A stretch of DNA of 64,000 nucleotides, from contig NC_043013.1 in NCBI RefSeq assembly GCF_006345805.1, positions 14,012,001-14,076,000 of the forward strand. The letters run 5' to 3'. The translations under genes were made by a program, and so were the position numbers. Positions 1-12,246 of the stretch are shown in pieces. Numbering within the stretch: position 1 is the stretch's first letter; every line of letters begins with the position of its first letter. The DNA comes from Octopus sinensis (taxonomy: Eukaryota). Under the pieces are notes generated by a model, which saw only the letters and a program-made list of their open reading frames with translations, made no database searches and was not told where the DNA came from.

Positions 1-737
1 AGTCAATAGTTAAGTCGTTAACAACATGTAGAACGTCCATTGCTATGTTCAGAGAAAGACTTAAAAATAAAGGAGTAAATTCGTTTATTTCGTATATAAA
101 GGATGCATCGTCAACTGAAAAATACTGAATAAAAAATATTCTTGTCATTTGCATGAAATACCATTACGCATTTCCACATTTTTTGCTGAAGTCTGTTTTA
201 GACATGAAAATAATGTTATATCCACACGCCTTCACTGCGTGTAGATGAAGTGCGTCTTCTACATACAAAAGGCGTAGTTTTCGACAACTAACAGAATACC
301 CGACACCCGGGTTGAACCAGTGTGGTTGGAAAGCAAGCTATCACTCCAAATTGTTTATTTGCTTTCTATAAGTGAAACCTAATCTGTTAATTCAGACTTA
401 GTTCCTTTGAATATCTGATACTGACGAATAGATAGCTACTTCGAAATGTATTCAACCATTAACTCATAAGAAAACCCTCCGAAGTGACCACCCGATGGCT
501 TCTAAAGAACTATTTGGTCTTGGCAAGTCCTTTAAGACGCGATCACGTACATTTTAGTGTTGTATAGGAAAATGTGGGGCTTCTCTTCCTCCACGAGGAC
601 CGCGCCCCCTTACAATCCCAGTGTATGTAATCTAAAAATAGATGAAAAACTCAGAAAGGATGTCTTCCTCGTCAGACTAATTCTTTTTTTAGTTCCATAA
701 TATCGTAACCAATAAAACAACAACAACAACAACAACA

Positions 738-763
738 TAATAATAATAATAATAATAATAATG

Positions 764-807
<44 letters not shown>

Positions 808-934
808 TTCACTTGTGATGAAATTTACCATGGTGAAATTACCGCGGTGGAATTTACTGGTAACCTATATATATAGGTTACCAGTAAATTCCACCGCGGT
901 AAATTTCACCATGGTAAATTTCATCACAAGTGAA

Positions 935-968
<34 letters not shown>
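738..968. repeat. Near-perfect palindrome (fold-back element) with ~15-bp internal subrepeats, flanked by (TAA)n left and (TTA)n right
   Basis: Centre at 870/871 (AACCTATAT|ATATAGGTT); the arms are reverse complements apart from one T indel; subrepeat resembles GGTGAAATTTACC. Confidence 0.9.
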
Positions 969-976
<8 letters not shown>

Positions 977-980
977 TATA

Positions 981-2474
981 CTATCATTAAAGACCCGTCG
1001 TTGCCGGGTCATAGTGCTAGTGCATGCATATATGTGTATATATATATGTGTACATATTACATGTACATCTATATATATATACATCTACACATAAAATACA
1101 AAATACAAAGTTATATCTTGATATCGCTAGTGATAACAATACTCAAAATATATAACAGACTGGAATTGTTTCGATCAATTGTATTCTTGTCCTCCCTCTT
1201 GTATAGAAGTCTGGGGGGGGCATTTTAAACTTTTATCCGGGACGTCCTACGCCCCAGATATAAAGGTAAAAATAAAATATTTCCACTTTGCAAGGTTCGA
1301 GTCGAGTACTCCCTTGCATGCTCCGTTGACTTGAACCTTGCTTCTATTGTGGCGAATTTACCACCTCTGGTTAGATACTTGATATCTTTCATAGTCGCAC
1401 CAAGACACTTTTCAATGGTGCTTTCCTTCAGGTGTTCAAATCGTTTTCTTCTTCTCTACATTGTATACTTTATAGGCAATAGTCTTTTCTTTAATTTAAT
1501 TTTTTATTTCGTTTGGTGGTGTTATCCTAGATTCACCGTCTTTGTCGGTGATCAATCCGAAATAGGTTTGTATTTCTTCCATTTTAATTTTAATGAGTTC
1601 GCCGCCCGCCGACGGCTGCAGCGAAATTCATTTTTGGACTTTCTTCTATCGAAGGCATTCTACCAAAAATGCTTCCGTGTAAACGGTGAAAATATTGTCA
1701 ATTTCCCAAACAGGGATACAATTAATTTTTAAACAATAACCAAAGCTCCCAAAGGGAGCTTTCGTTATTGTTTAAAAGGTGAGGGTTACGGTTTACAATT
1801 ATTTAACAAATGCAACACAACAACGCTTCCCTTACGAGGAACCAACAAACGTGATAACAATAGTTAAACAGAAATAATAATAACAACAAACCTTACGGTA
1901 AACAAAAATGCAGTACTCTGTTGAAGCTATAGGCCTTTATGGATCAGAAATAAACCAACAGCGGTACTCAGTAGAAGCATCTTTCGTACAGCCAAACTTC
2001 ATATAGATACTTAATGCTAGCTAATTAGCAAATAATCTAATGTAAAAGCCGTGCACACCTCCATCTGGACTATTCCATTTCTGCACTTAAATTTTATTTT
2101 TTATTTATTCCCATTCATGTGAAACGACTGATTCAAGTTCAAGTCATTGATGCAATGTTACGATTTAATTATTATATCATACTTTTGTTTGATTTTAATT
2201 ATTCTCTAATTTTTATTGTTAAAGTGAAAGTATCTGACATAAAATAGAGAGATGTTTTTGCTTCACTTTTAACACGTAATACTGAAATAGTGGAGAAATG
2301 ATATTGCTATGGGCTCACCCTAGGCAAGCGGTTGAACATTTTTTTTGCCCATGAAACTACATGGACCCTAAGTATGGCATGTGTAAAATTTGAATGAAAT
2401 TGGTTGTGTAGTTCTCAAGTTTTAGGAAAACACACAGACAGACAGATTGACAGACAGACACACATTCTCAGTTT

Positions 2475-2545
<71 letters not shown>

Positions 2546-2553
2546 TATAGGGA
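981..2553 (-). mobile_element. Non-autonomous Helitron-like element (long variant)
   Basis: Subterminal hairpin GACCCG-tcgttgc-CGGGTC (992-1010) next to a degenerate CTAG (CTAT at 981). The far end has (CAGA)n, CACATTCTCAGTTTTATATA and GA|T. Shares both ends with 18019-18893. Confidence 0.7.
1170..1582 (-). pseudogene. Decayed LINE ORF1 (gag-like) N-terminal fragment inside the Helitron
   Basis: Manual translation: MEEIQTYFGLITDKDGESRITPPNEIKN*IKEKTIAYKVYNVEKKK, then a frameshift, then RFEHLKESTIEKCLGATMKDIKYLTRGGKFATIEARFKSTEHAREYSTRTLQSGNILFLPLYLGRRTSRIKV*NAPP (72 open codons, 1443-1228). Family assignment is from motif recall only. Confidence 0.5.
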
Positions 2554-2600
2554 TGGTATTATTAAAATACCATCACGAGTGGCAAGCGAATTATACATCT

Positions 2601-2802
2601 CTCTCTTTACTCTTTTACTTGTTTCAGTCATTTGACTGCGGCCATGCTGGAGCACCGGCGTTAGTCGAACAAATCGACCCCAGGACTTATTCTTTGTAAG
2701 CCTAGTACTTATTCTATCGGTCTCTTGCCGAACCGCTAAGTTACGGGGACGTAAACACACCAGCATCGGTTGTCAAGCGATGTTGGGGGGAGGACAAACA
2801 CA

Positions 2803-2872
<70 letters not shown>

Positions 2873-2978
2873 CGACGGGCTTCTTTCAGTTTCCGTCTAC
2901 CAAATCCACTCACAAGGCTTTGGTCGGCCCGAGGCTATAGTAGAAGACACTTGCCCAAAATGCCACGCAGTGGGACTG
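2601..2978 (-). mobile_element. SINE family A (tRNA-derived, CORE-like), 5'-truncated
   Basis: Reverse complement of the CACC/TTGGGCAAGTGTCTT...GAAAGAAGCCCGTCG half and the GCATGGCCGCAGTCAAATGACTGAAACAAGTAAAAGAG tail; internal (CA)n/(TA)n. Confidence 0.85.
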
Positions 2979-3159
2979 TATATATATATATATATATATA
3001 TGCTTGTGTGTATGTGTGTTTGTGTGAGTGCGTGTCTTTGTGTCTGTGTTGTTCTCCACCATCGCATGTCGACCTGTATTGGTGTGTTTACGTCCCCTTA
3101 AATTAGTGATTCAGCAAAAGAGACCTATTGAACAAATCCTAGGCTTACAAATAATAATA

Positions 3160-3653
3160 TCTATATATATAAAACTGTAGTTGTGTGAGTGTCTGTCACC
3201 TTCGATTTAGATTCCTAACTACTCCCACATTTTGCGGTGCAGTTTAACCAAATTCGGGTATCTTAGAGTCGTGATTCATATCGAGCCCGTCTGAGTATTA
3301 GCGCGCGTCTACGATGAGTCTACGATTTTAAAAATAATTTAACATCATTTTTTATTCCATTTTAATGCATAATTTTTCGTGTGTCGATGGCGGCGGAGTT
3401 GGCGTCCATGGTCACACCTGCACCTGTTTGCTTCTCCCCTTCTTCCCTCCCTCGTGAATCTGGGGGAAGGGAGTGTAAGGAAATCAACGTCGTAAAGCGT
3501 TGCCAAGGAGACCAGCGTTCTTTTAGAACAACGACTTCATGGCTTGAAGACACCAAAACAGAAATGGCTAAGAAAGCCCGAATTGGCATCTATAAGAGAA
3601 GTAACTCTCTAAAAATGCTTATATAGTTATTTCCCTTACAAACCCGAGCAACG
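3160..3653 (+). mobile_element. Non-autonomous Helitron-like element, 3' end truncated within the hairpin
   Basis: Starts A|TCTATATATATAAAA; ends ...TTCCCTTACAAACCCGAGCAACG, matching the reverse complement of the terminus at 46261. Confidence 0.7.
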
Positions 3654-3747
3654 TGTGTGTGTGTGTGTGTGTGTATGCTTATGTATGTATGTATGTATGT
3701 ATGTATGTATTTATGTATGTATGTATGTATAAATGTATGTATGTATC

Positions 3748-3786
<39 letters not shown>

Positions 3787-3857
3787 CTGTGTGTGTGCTT
3801 GTATGTATGTATGTATGTATGTATGTATGTATGTATGTATGTATGTATGTATGTATC

Positions 3858-3892
<35 letters not shown>

Positions 3893-3917
3893 CTGTGTGT
3901 GCTTGTATGTATGTATG

Positions 3918-3966
<49 letters not shown>

Positions 3967-4080
3967 CTCTGTGTGTGTGCTTGTATGTATGTATATATGT
4001 ATGTATGTGTTTATGTATGTATGTATATATGTATGTATGTGTGTATGTATGTATGTATGTATGTATGTATGTATGTATAA
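3653..4080. repeat. Compound (GTAT)n/(TATC)n/(TC)n microsatellite with higher-order blocks
   Basis: Block TCTCTGTGTGTGTGCTTGTATG recurs three times. Confidence 0.95.
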
Positions 4081-4084
4081 ATGA

Positions 4085-4809
<725 letters not shown>

Positions 4810-5176
4810 TACTGATAGTTCTTTTTTTCTGTCTCTTTACATCTTATAAAAATTCGTCATATACCTATCCTTATATACTTTCTAAAATTCATTTTATTTT
4901 AATTCTGGGAGAGGCTTCCCCCTCAATCTCCTAGAATTCATTTCCTACATACGTGTATGCTTTGTCATTGGTAAGCACCCAGAACCATGCTAATAGCTTA
5001 GGAGTGAAATTTAGGATTTCTCGGTTTTCTGAGAATCGATTTTGATGAAACTTTTCCCAGCTGGTTTGCACACTATGGCAACACCGTTGTTATGTTTTCC
5101 TTATTCTGTGCAACGTCCTTTCTTTTTTATTTCAAATTCTTTAGTTTTTTTGGTGAACCACGCTAATAGATTTAGA

Positions 5177-5236
5177 ATGTTAGACATGAGTTGTGTTCTG
5201 TTCACTGACGAAAGCAGGGCGACCCTTGACGAACCT
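5177..5236 (+). pseudogene. Tiny Tc1/mariner transposase relic (first catalytic D motif)
   Basis: MLDMSCVLFTDESRATLDEP resembles the Tc1-type VLFTDE-x-R-x-x-LDGPDG motif. Confidence 0.45.
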
Positions 5237-5459
5237 AAGCTATTAGCGTGGTTCTGGGTGAATATAAATTTAAATGTTCTCTCAAAATATATTGCACTTC
5301 ATGTTTGAAGTTCCGATGAAGCTATAGGGTGATAGTCAAGTACACAACTATAAGTGCATTTCACCTTATTACAGAAACAGCTGTAAGCTGATGAAGTTCA
5401 TAATCTAACTGCTTACTTCTTTGTTTATTCCTTTCTGATATCTATATACACATACATAT

Positions 5460-5632
5460 GGCTACGTTCTGAGTTCAAATTCCGCCGAGGTCGACTTTGC
5501 CTTTCATCCTTTCGGGGTCGATTAAATAAGTACCAGTTACGCACTGGGGTCAATATAATCGACTTAATCCGTTTGTCTGTCCTTGTTTGTCCCCTCTGTG
5601 TGTAGTCCCTTGTGGGCAGTAAAGAAATATAT
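5460..5632 (+). mobile_element. SINE family B, 5'-truncated monomer
   Basis: B-box GAGTTCAAATTCC, core GCCGAGGTCGACTTTGCCTTTCATCCTTTCGGGGTCGAT, tail CCTTGTGGGCAGTAAAGAAA. Confidence 0.9.
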
Positions 5633-5643
5633 ATACATATACA

Positions 5644-5649
<6 letters not shown>

Positions 5650-5679
<30 letters not shown>

Positions 5680-6435
5680 TGTATGTATGTATGGATGGAT
5701 GGATGGATGGATGGATGGATGGATGTATGTATGTATGTATGGATGGATGTATGTATGGATGGATGGATGTATGTATGGATGGATGGATGGATGGATGGAT
5801 GTATGTATGGATGGATGTATGTATGTATGTATGTATGGATGGATGGATGGATGGATGGATGGATGTATGTATGTATGTATGTATGTATGTATGTATATAT
5901 GGATGGATGGATGGATGGATGGATGGATGTATGTATGGATGGATGGATGTATGGATGGATGGATGGATGTATGTATGGGTGGATGGATGGATGGATGTAT
6001 GTATGGATGGATGGATGGATGGATGGATGGATGGATGGATGTATGTATGGATGGATGGATGTATGTATGGATGGATGGATGGATGGATGTATGTATGGAT
6101 GGATGTATGTATGGATGGATGGATGGATGGATGGATGTATGTATGGATGGATGGATGTATCGATGGATGGATGGATGGATGGATGGATGTATGTATGGAT
6201 GTATGGATGGATGGATGGATGGATGTATGTATGGATGGATGTATGTATGGATGGATGGATGTATGTATGGATGGATGGATGGATGGATGTATGGATGGAT
6301 GGATGTATGTATGGATGGATGGATGTATGTATGGATGGATGTATGTATGGATGGATGGATGGATGGATGTATGGATGGATGGATGGATGGATGGATGGAT
6401 GGATGTATGTATGGATGGATGGATGTATGTATGTG
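5650..6435. repeat. ~780-bp mixed (GGAT)n/(GTAT)n tetranucleotide array
   Basis: Visible directly; it explains the four long ORFs at 5564-6598. Confidence 0.97.
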
Positions 6436-6495
6436 CGTATTTATTGGATGTGGATTTGTTTCCTGAATGTGTTATGTGCATGTTTGCATTCGTGC

Positions 6496-6532
<37 letters not shown>

Positions 6533-7019
6533 AGTAAATGAATGTGCGCCTGGGTGGGAGTATACACGTGTGTGTGTGTATGTGGGTTGTGTTCTCAAAT
6601 GGCTTCACCTGAGTAGGAAGGCGGGGTATGTTTGGAGGAAGAAAGAGAAAATTAATGAAATTACTTATGGATGTTAATTCTTTATATTCAGCGGATTGTG
6701 TGTGGTGTGGTGGTGGTGGGGGGAGGGGCGGTTTGTGACGTCATCGAAGTAAATGAATGGTGAGAGAGCATTTCGTTCTTGAATGTGTTTGTGTATATGC
6801 CTTTTTTTTTTTTTCTCCCTCTTCCTTCTCTCAATCGTGCTCCTATTCTTTCTCTCTCTCTCTCTCTCTTTTCTCTTTACCTTCCTCCCATTTGCTTTCT
6901 TTTTTTTTTTCTTTCCCCTAGTTTCTCTTGATTTACCAATCCCTTCCATTCTTTCTTCCTTTTATTCATACTTTCTTTCTCCTTTCTATTCCTTCCTACC
7001 TTTAGACCTTCCTTTTCCC

Positions 7020-8402
7020 CCCATCATGAACACCACCACCGCCGTCGCCGCTGCCACCACCACCACCACCACTGCCGCCGCCACCACCACCGCCGCCGCC
7101 GCCACCACCACCACAACACCGCCACCGTCACTGCCGCCGACGCCGTCGCCGCCACCACACACAACTATCCACCCCCCACCCCCGCCATCCACCACCACCA
7201 CCATCGCCGCTGCCGCCGCTGCACCACCGCCACAACCACCGCCGCCGCCGCCACCACCACCACCACCACCACCCCAAACAACCACCGCCACCGTCACTGC
7301 CGCCGACGCCGTCGCCGCCACCACCACAACTATCACCCCCCACCCCCGCCATCCACCACCACCACCATCGCCGCTGCCGCCGCTGCCACCACCGCCACAA
7401 CCACCGCCGCCGCCGCCACCACCACCACCACCGCCACCACCACCACAACCACCGCCACCGTCACTGCCGCCGACGCCGTCGCGCCACCACCACAACTATC
7501 CACCCCCCACCCCCGCCATCCACCACCACCACCATCGCCGCTGCGCCGCTGCCACCACCGCCACAACCACCCGGCCGCCGCCGCCACCACCACCACCACC
7601 GCCACCACCACCACAACACACCGCCACCGTCAATGCCGCCGACGCCGTCGCCGCCACCACCACAACTATCCACCCCCCACCCCCGCCATCCACCACCACC
7701 ACCATCGCCGCTGCCGCCGCTGCCACCACCGCCACAACCACCGCCGCCGCCGCCACCACCACCACAACCACCGCACACCCCACCACCACAACCACCGCCA
7801 CCGTCACTGCCGCCGACGCCGTCGCGCCCCCACCACACACAACTATCCACCCCCCACCCCGCCCATCATCCACCACCACCACCATCGCCGCTGCCGCCGC
7901 TGCCACCACCGCCACAACCACCGACGCCGCCGCGCCACCACCACCACCCACCGCCACCACCACCACAACCACCGCCCCCGTCACTGCCGCCGTCGCCGTC
8001 GCCGCCACCACCACAAGTATCACCCCCCACCCCCGCCATCCTCCACCACCACCATCGCCGCTGCCGCCGCTGCCACAACTGCCACAACCACCGCCGCCGC
8101 CGCCACCACCACCACCACCGCCACCACCACCGCCACCACCACCACAACCACCGCCACCGTCACTGCCGCCGTCGCCGTCGCCGCCACCACCACAACTATC
8201 CACCCCCCACCCCCGCCATCCACCACCACCACCATCGCCGCTGCCCGCCGCTGCCACCACCGCCACAACCACTGCCGCCGCCGCCACCACTGCCGCCGCC
8301 ACCACCGCCGCCGCCGCTACCACCACCACCACCACCGCCGCCGCCGCCGCCGCCACCACCACCACCACCACCACCGCCGCCACCACCACCACCACCGCCA
8401 CC
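7020..8402. repeat. GC-rich minisatellite, ~7 units of 165-180 bp built from ACC/GCC triplets
   Basis: Marker AA(C/G)TATC(C)ACCCCCCACCCCCGCC at about 7163, 7328, 7494, 7664, 7841, 8015 and 8194. Confidence 0.9.
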
Positions 8403-9023
8403 ATTTTTCCAATTAATTCCGTCTCTGAATCCTTTTTCTCCTCCCACTCTATTATGTAACATTGTCTCCATCCTCTCCCCCCCTTTCTTAAACAACCATG
8501 TACTTTAGCCGAAGCATCCTTCCTCTTATTGTTACTCTTCTTATTATTATTGTTGTTTAACCCCAGGTGAGCCCTAACCAAGCACGTATATTATCAAAGG
8601 GGGTTCCATCCACGACCATCCTGTCATTTTCGAGGCTATCAAACAATACATAATCCAATATGTCCTTCGCTTTTTTCCAGAAGACAGGGAGTGAAATCTG
8701 GGAAATTTCGTAGTTATTTCCGGCAAGGGGCTCGATTTCACGTTATTGTTGTAGTTTCTGTTCTTGTTATTACATTTTGTTTAACCCTAGGTCATCTATA
8801 ATCAAATGTGTTTCAGTCATGACCATCTCCTCTTTTAACCCCTGTCCACCGCCTAGTGTCTGAAGGACCACACGATCTAACATGTCCTTCTTTTTTTAAG
8901 AAGGGATAAGATTTGAGGGAGAATTGACTACTGTTACTACTAGCAGATCCAGCAACCACATAGTTTCTCCTCATTCACTCGACATTTATTTATTTATCTA
9001 TCTATTTCTTTTTTTTTTTTTTT

Positions 9024-9690
9024 CACGTCTGCAAGTATTTTGCAATCTTTTCTGCTTAATATTAATTATTTCTGGACCACACGATCCAAAATATCCTTAA
9101 TTTTTGAGATAGTAGACATTATTTTGTAAGAAATTTGACTGCAATTTCTTCATATCTACAAAAGTTCTCCATTCTTTTGAAAACCATATTCATTCTCTCT
9201 GAACCAGACTATTCAAAAATGTCCTCCATTTTAGAGACTGTAGGCACTATTTTGTAAGAGATTTAGCTGTTATTTCTTCACGTCTGCAAGTATCTTTCAT
9301 TCTTTTGAATATCATATTTACTCTCTCTAGATATATCCTTCATTTTTTTAGACAGTAAGTATTATTTTGGAAAAGATTTAACAGCTATTTCTTCATATTT
9401 ACAAATGACTTCCATTCTTTAGAAAGCCATATTTATTCTTTCTGGAAAATCCTTTTCAAAAATATCTTTAATTTTTGAGACATTAGGCATTATTTAGTAA
9501 GAGATTTCACTGCAATTTTTTATGCCCGTAAGTATTTTCCATTTCTTTTGAAATCTACAATAATCCTCTCTCTAGACAACATAATCCAAGGTATCCATTT
9601 TGAAGACAATAGGGGAGCGATTTGCGGGAGATTTGGCTGCTATTTTTAGCAAGATGAGCGACCACATAAAAAGCCCCTTCGTTGGCTCGT
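9024..9690. repeat. Degenerate ~115-128-bp tandem array (5 units) ending in a SINE-tail remnant
   Basis: Units start near 9024, 9149, 9277, 9391 and 9519; shared ATTATTTTGTAAGAGATTT motif. Confidence 0.65.
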
Positions 9691-10024
9691 GCTGTTCTTT
9701 ATTAAAGGCGTTGTTGTTGCTGCTATAGTTATTGTGTTGTTGTTGTTGTTATATGATTGCCTCACAAGGTTTAATTAATTACAGGCTTCCTATAACGAGA
9801 CGAGACGTCAACTGCGTTTGCCCCCTGGCAATCAAATCGAGCGTTCGGATGAAAATGAAAAAAAAAAAAGCGGGAGGGAAGGACGGAGGTAAGAATAAAT
9901 GGTGGTGGGAGACATATGAATATTTTTTTTTGTTTTTTATTTTTACCATTGCTCCGTATGGGTTCCCCTTACATCTTACTGCACCTTCTGCTGTCTTCTT
10001 ACCTTACACTGAAGCAAACAAACA

Positions 10025-10063
<39 letters not shown>

Positions 10064-10590
10064 AAGCGGACACTCACACATACATTCATGCATGCACAGT
10101 TCACACATACACATTCAGAAACAACGCACATACGCATATATGCATTCACAAACAGAAGACAAACATAAGGCATATACATACTCACAAATACACACACACA
10201 CATACACACACATACACGCACAAAGACTTACATAGACGTAAACGGCATACAGTCACATACACACAACCCACAAATACAAACAATACACAGATACACACAG
10301 ACACACACACACAGACACACGCACACAAATACACACATAGACACATACACAAAGGCAAACATGCACACGCAAACCCTCACATACAAACACAGAGAATGCA
10401 CAGACACATACACAGAAACACACAAGACCTTAGACAAATAAAGACAAATTATCTTTTGTGCCGACGAGACGACGGGAGGTGGTGTGGGAACCTCTACTTG
10501 GTGCTAGACCTGCTAAAAATAGTAACCAAATACACCTCAAACCACAATCATCTTTAAAGAGAAAAGTGAAGATTTAGCGATGAGGTAACT

Positions 10591-10770
10591 CAGGGCCATC
10601 TTAGTAGTAATACAGGCCCTTGGGCAGATCAGTATACTGGGTCCTATAATATTTATATTATTTATACATAGACAACAAGCAATCTGAGTACTTAGATCAG
10701 GATTGGGCCCTTAAACCCGTGAGGCCCCTGGGAAACTTCCAAGTGTGCCATTGCCTTAAGACGACACAAA
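10591..10770. mobile_element. Degenerate hAT-type MITE
   Basis: CAGGGCCATCTTA at the left end and CTTAAGACGAC at the right end are imperfect TIRs of the CAGGGCC class. Confidence 0.35.
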
Positions 10771-10839
10771 GTCAGCTTCTATGCCAAGGACTGGCAAATT
10801 TCTTCCAATATTGACCCCTTCGTGGAATCGTTGATAACT

Positions 10840-11262
10840 TGTAAACCCCTTTGATGTAAATTTGTAAAATAATATTGATTTCAAATTTTGACACAAGGTC
10901 AGCAATTTCGGGAGAGGGGTAAGTCGATGACATCGACTCCCAGTGGGAAACTGGTACTTTATTTATCGACCCTGAAAGAATGAAAGGCAAAAAGTCGACC
11001 TCGGCGGAATTTGAACTCAGAACATAAAAACGAACGAAATACCTATTTCTTTACTACCCACAAGGGGCTAAACACAGAGAGGACAAACAAGGACAAACAA
11101 ACGGATTAAGTCGATTATATTGACCCACGTGCGTAACTGGTACTTAATTTATCGACCCCGAAAGGATGTATGGCAAAGTCGACCTCGGCGGAATTTAAAC
11201 CCAGAACGTAACGGCAGACGAAATACCGCTCGCCCGGCGTGCTAACGTTTCTGTCAGCACAC
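10840..11262 (-). mobile_element. SINE family B dimer
   Basis: Two cores in tandem joined by GAAATACCTATTTC (11036-11049); head remnant CCCGGCGTGCTAACGTTTCTG. Confidence 0.85.
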
Positions 11263-11854
11263 CGTTAATTAATAAAAAATGTTTCTCGATTTAAAAACAA
11301 TAATTCTTTCGTTCTGTAATGACACTTGGAATTTGAAACTCTAATAACTGAGTAACAAGAAAAACCAAGAAAAAAAAATAATAAAAGCAATATATGTCAG
11401 GAGATTTTTCCCTGTACTTTAACCAGTCATGTAACAGGCGCATTCGTGGGATCGCGTTATTTGAATGGAAATTTCCACGTAGTTTCTCGCCAAAATATGG
11501 TCATAAATTAACATGCGCGGGAGAGATATACCAAGAGAGGAGAGATATTTGGCAGAGTTCGTTAGAGATATTCTCGGTTAAAAGAGCATCTCATCAGATT
11601 TGAAAACTTATTTTCTAACCTCTCTCTCAACACACAGACATACTCTTGACATTCAGCTTAACATTCTCGATTAAATAGTCTCTGTAATGTCTTTATGAAA
11701 ATAAATGGGATTCAGTGAAAACTTTATATGGTGACTTGGTTTTTTTTTTTATATATGGAAACAATATGCAGCCTAACCAAATATCCATTGCCCATCTAAC
11801 CACTCACACAGTTCTCTATATCAGCGAAGAGTTCAAAAACATTTTATATATAAA

Positions 11855-12246
11855 CTAGCAGTATCGCCCGGCGTTGCTCGGGTTTGTTTCGACCTTTAGA
11901 ATTGGAATTTTTGAAAAGTAAAAATTTTGTATTATGTAGCTTGTTATTCTCTTTAAGTGAACATTTTTCTGGTTGAAATACACCGAAAATTGGCGACACA
12001 GCAGTAAAAAAATTGTAAAAAGTAGGGATTTTCTTAGAAAAAAAGCACCTTTTTGACGTAAATAATTTTTGGCCTTAACATGGTCCTATTTGAATTTTAT
12101 CTTCTACGGAAGGAAGAGCAAGCCTTTTTCTATCATACTCTCAATTTTGGTCAACTTGCGCCGCAGGGTCTCGGAGGAGATAGTCTTAGTTGAAGGCTAC
12201 CAAAACCTGCCACACACAGACAACTTCAGCTTTATATAAAGAGAGA
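11855..12246 (-). mobile_element. Non-autonomous Helitron-like element with intact termini
   Basis: A|CTAG at 11855, hairpin CCCG-gcgttgct-CGGG (11867-11882), and GA|T at 12245-12247 (5' TC); inserted between A and T. Confidence 0.85.

Noticed and set aside
645-680. CUGACGA plus GGA/UCC hairpin on the minus strand
   Set aside because: Followed by UUUC rather than GAAA.
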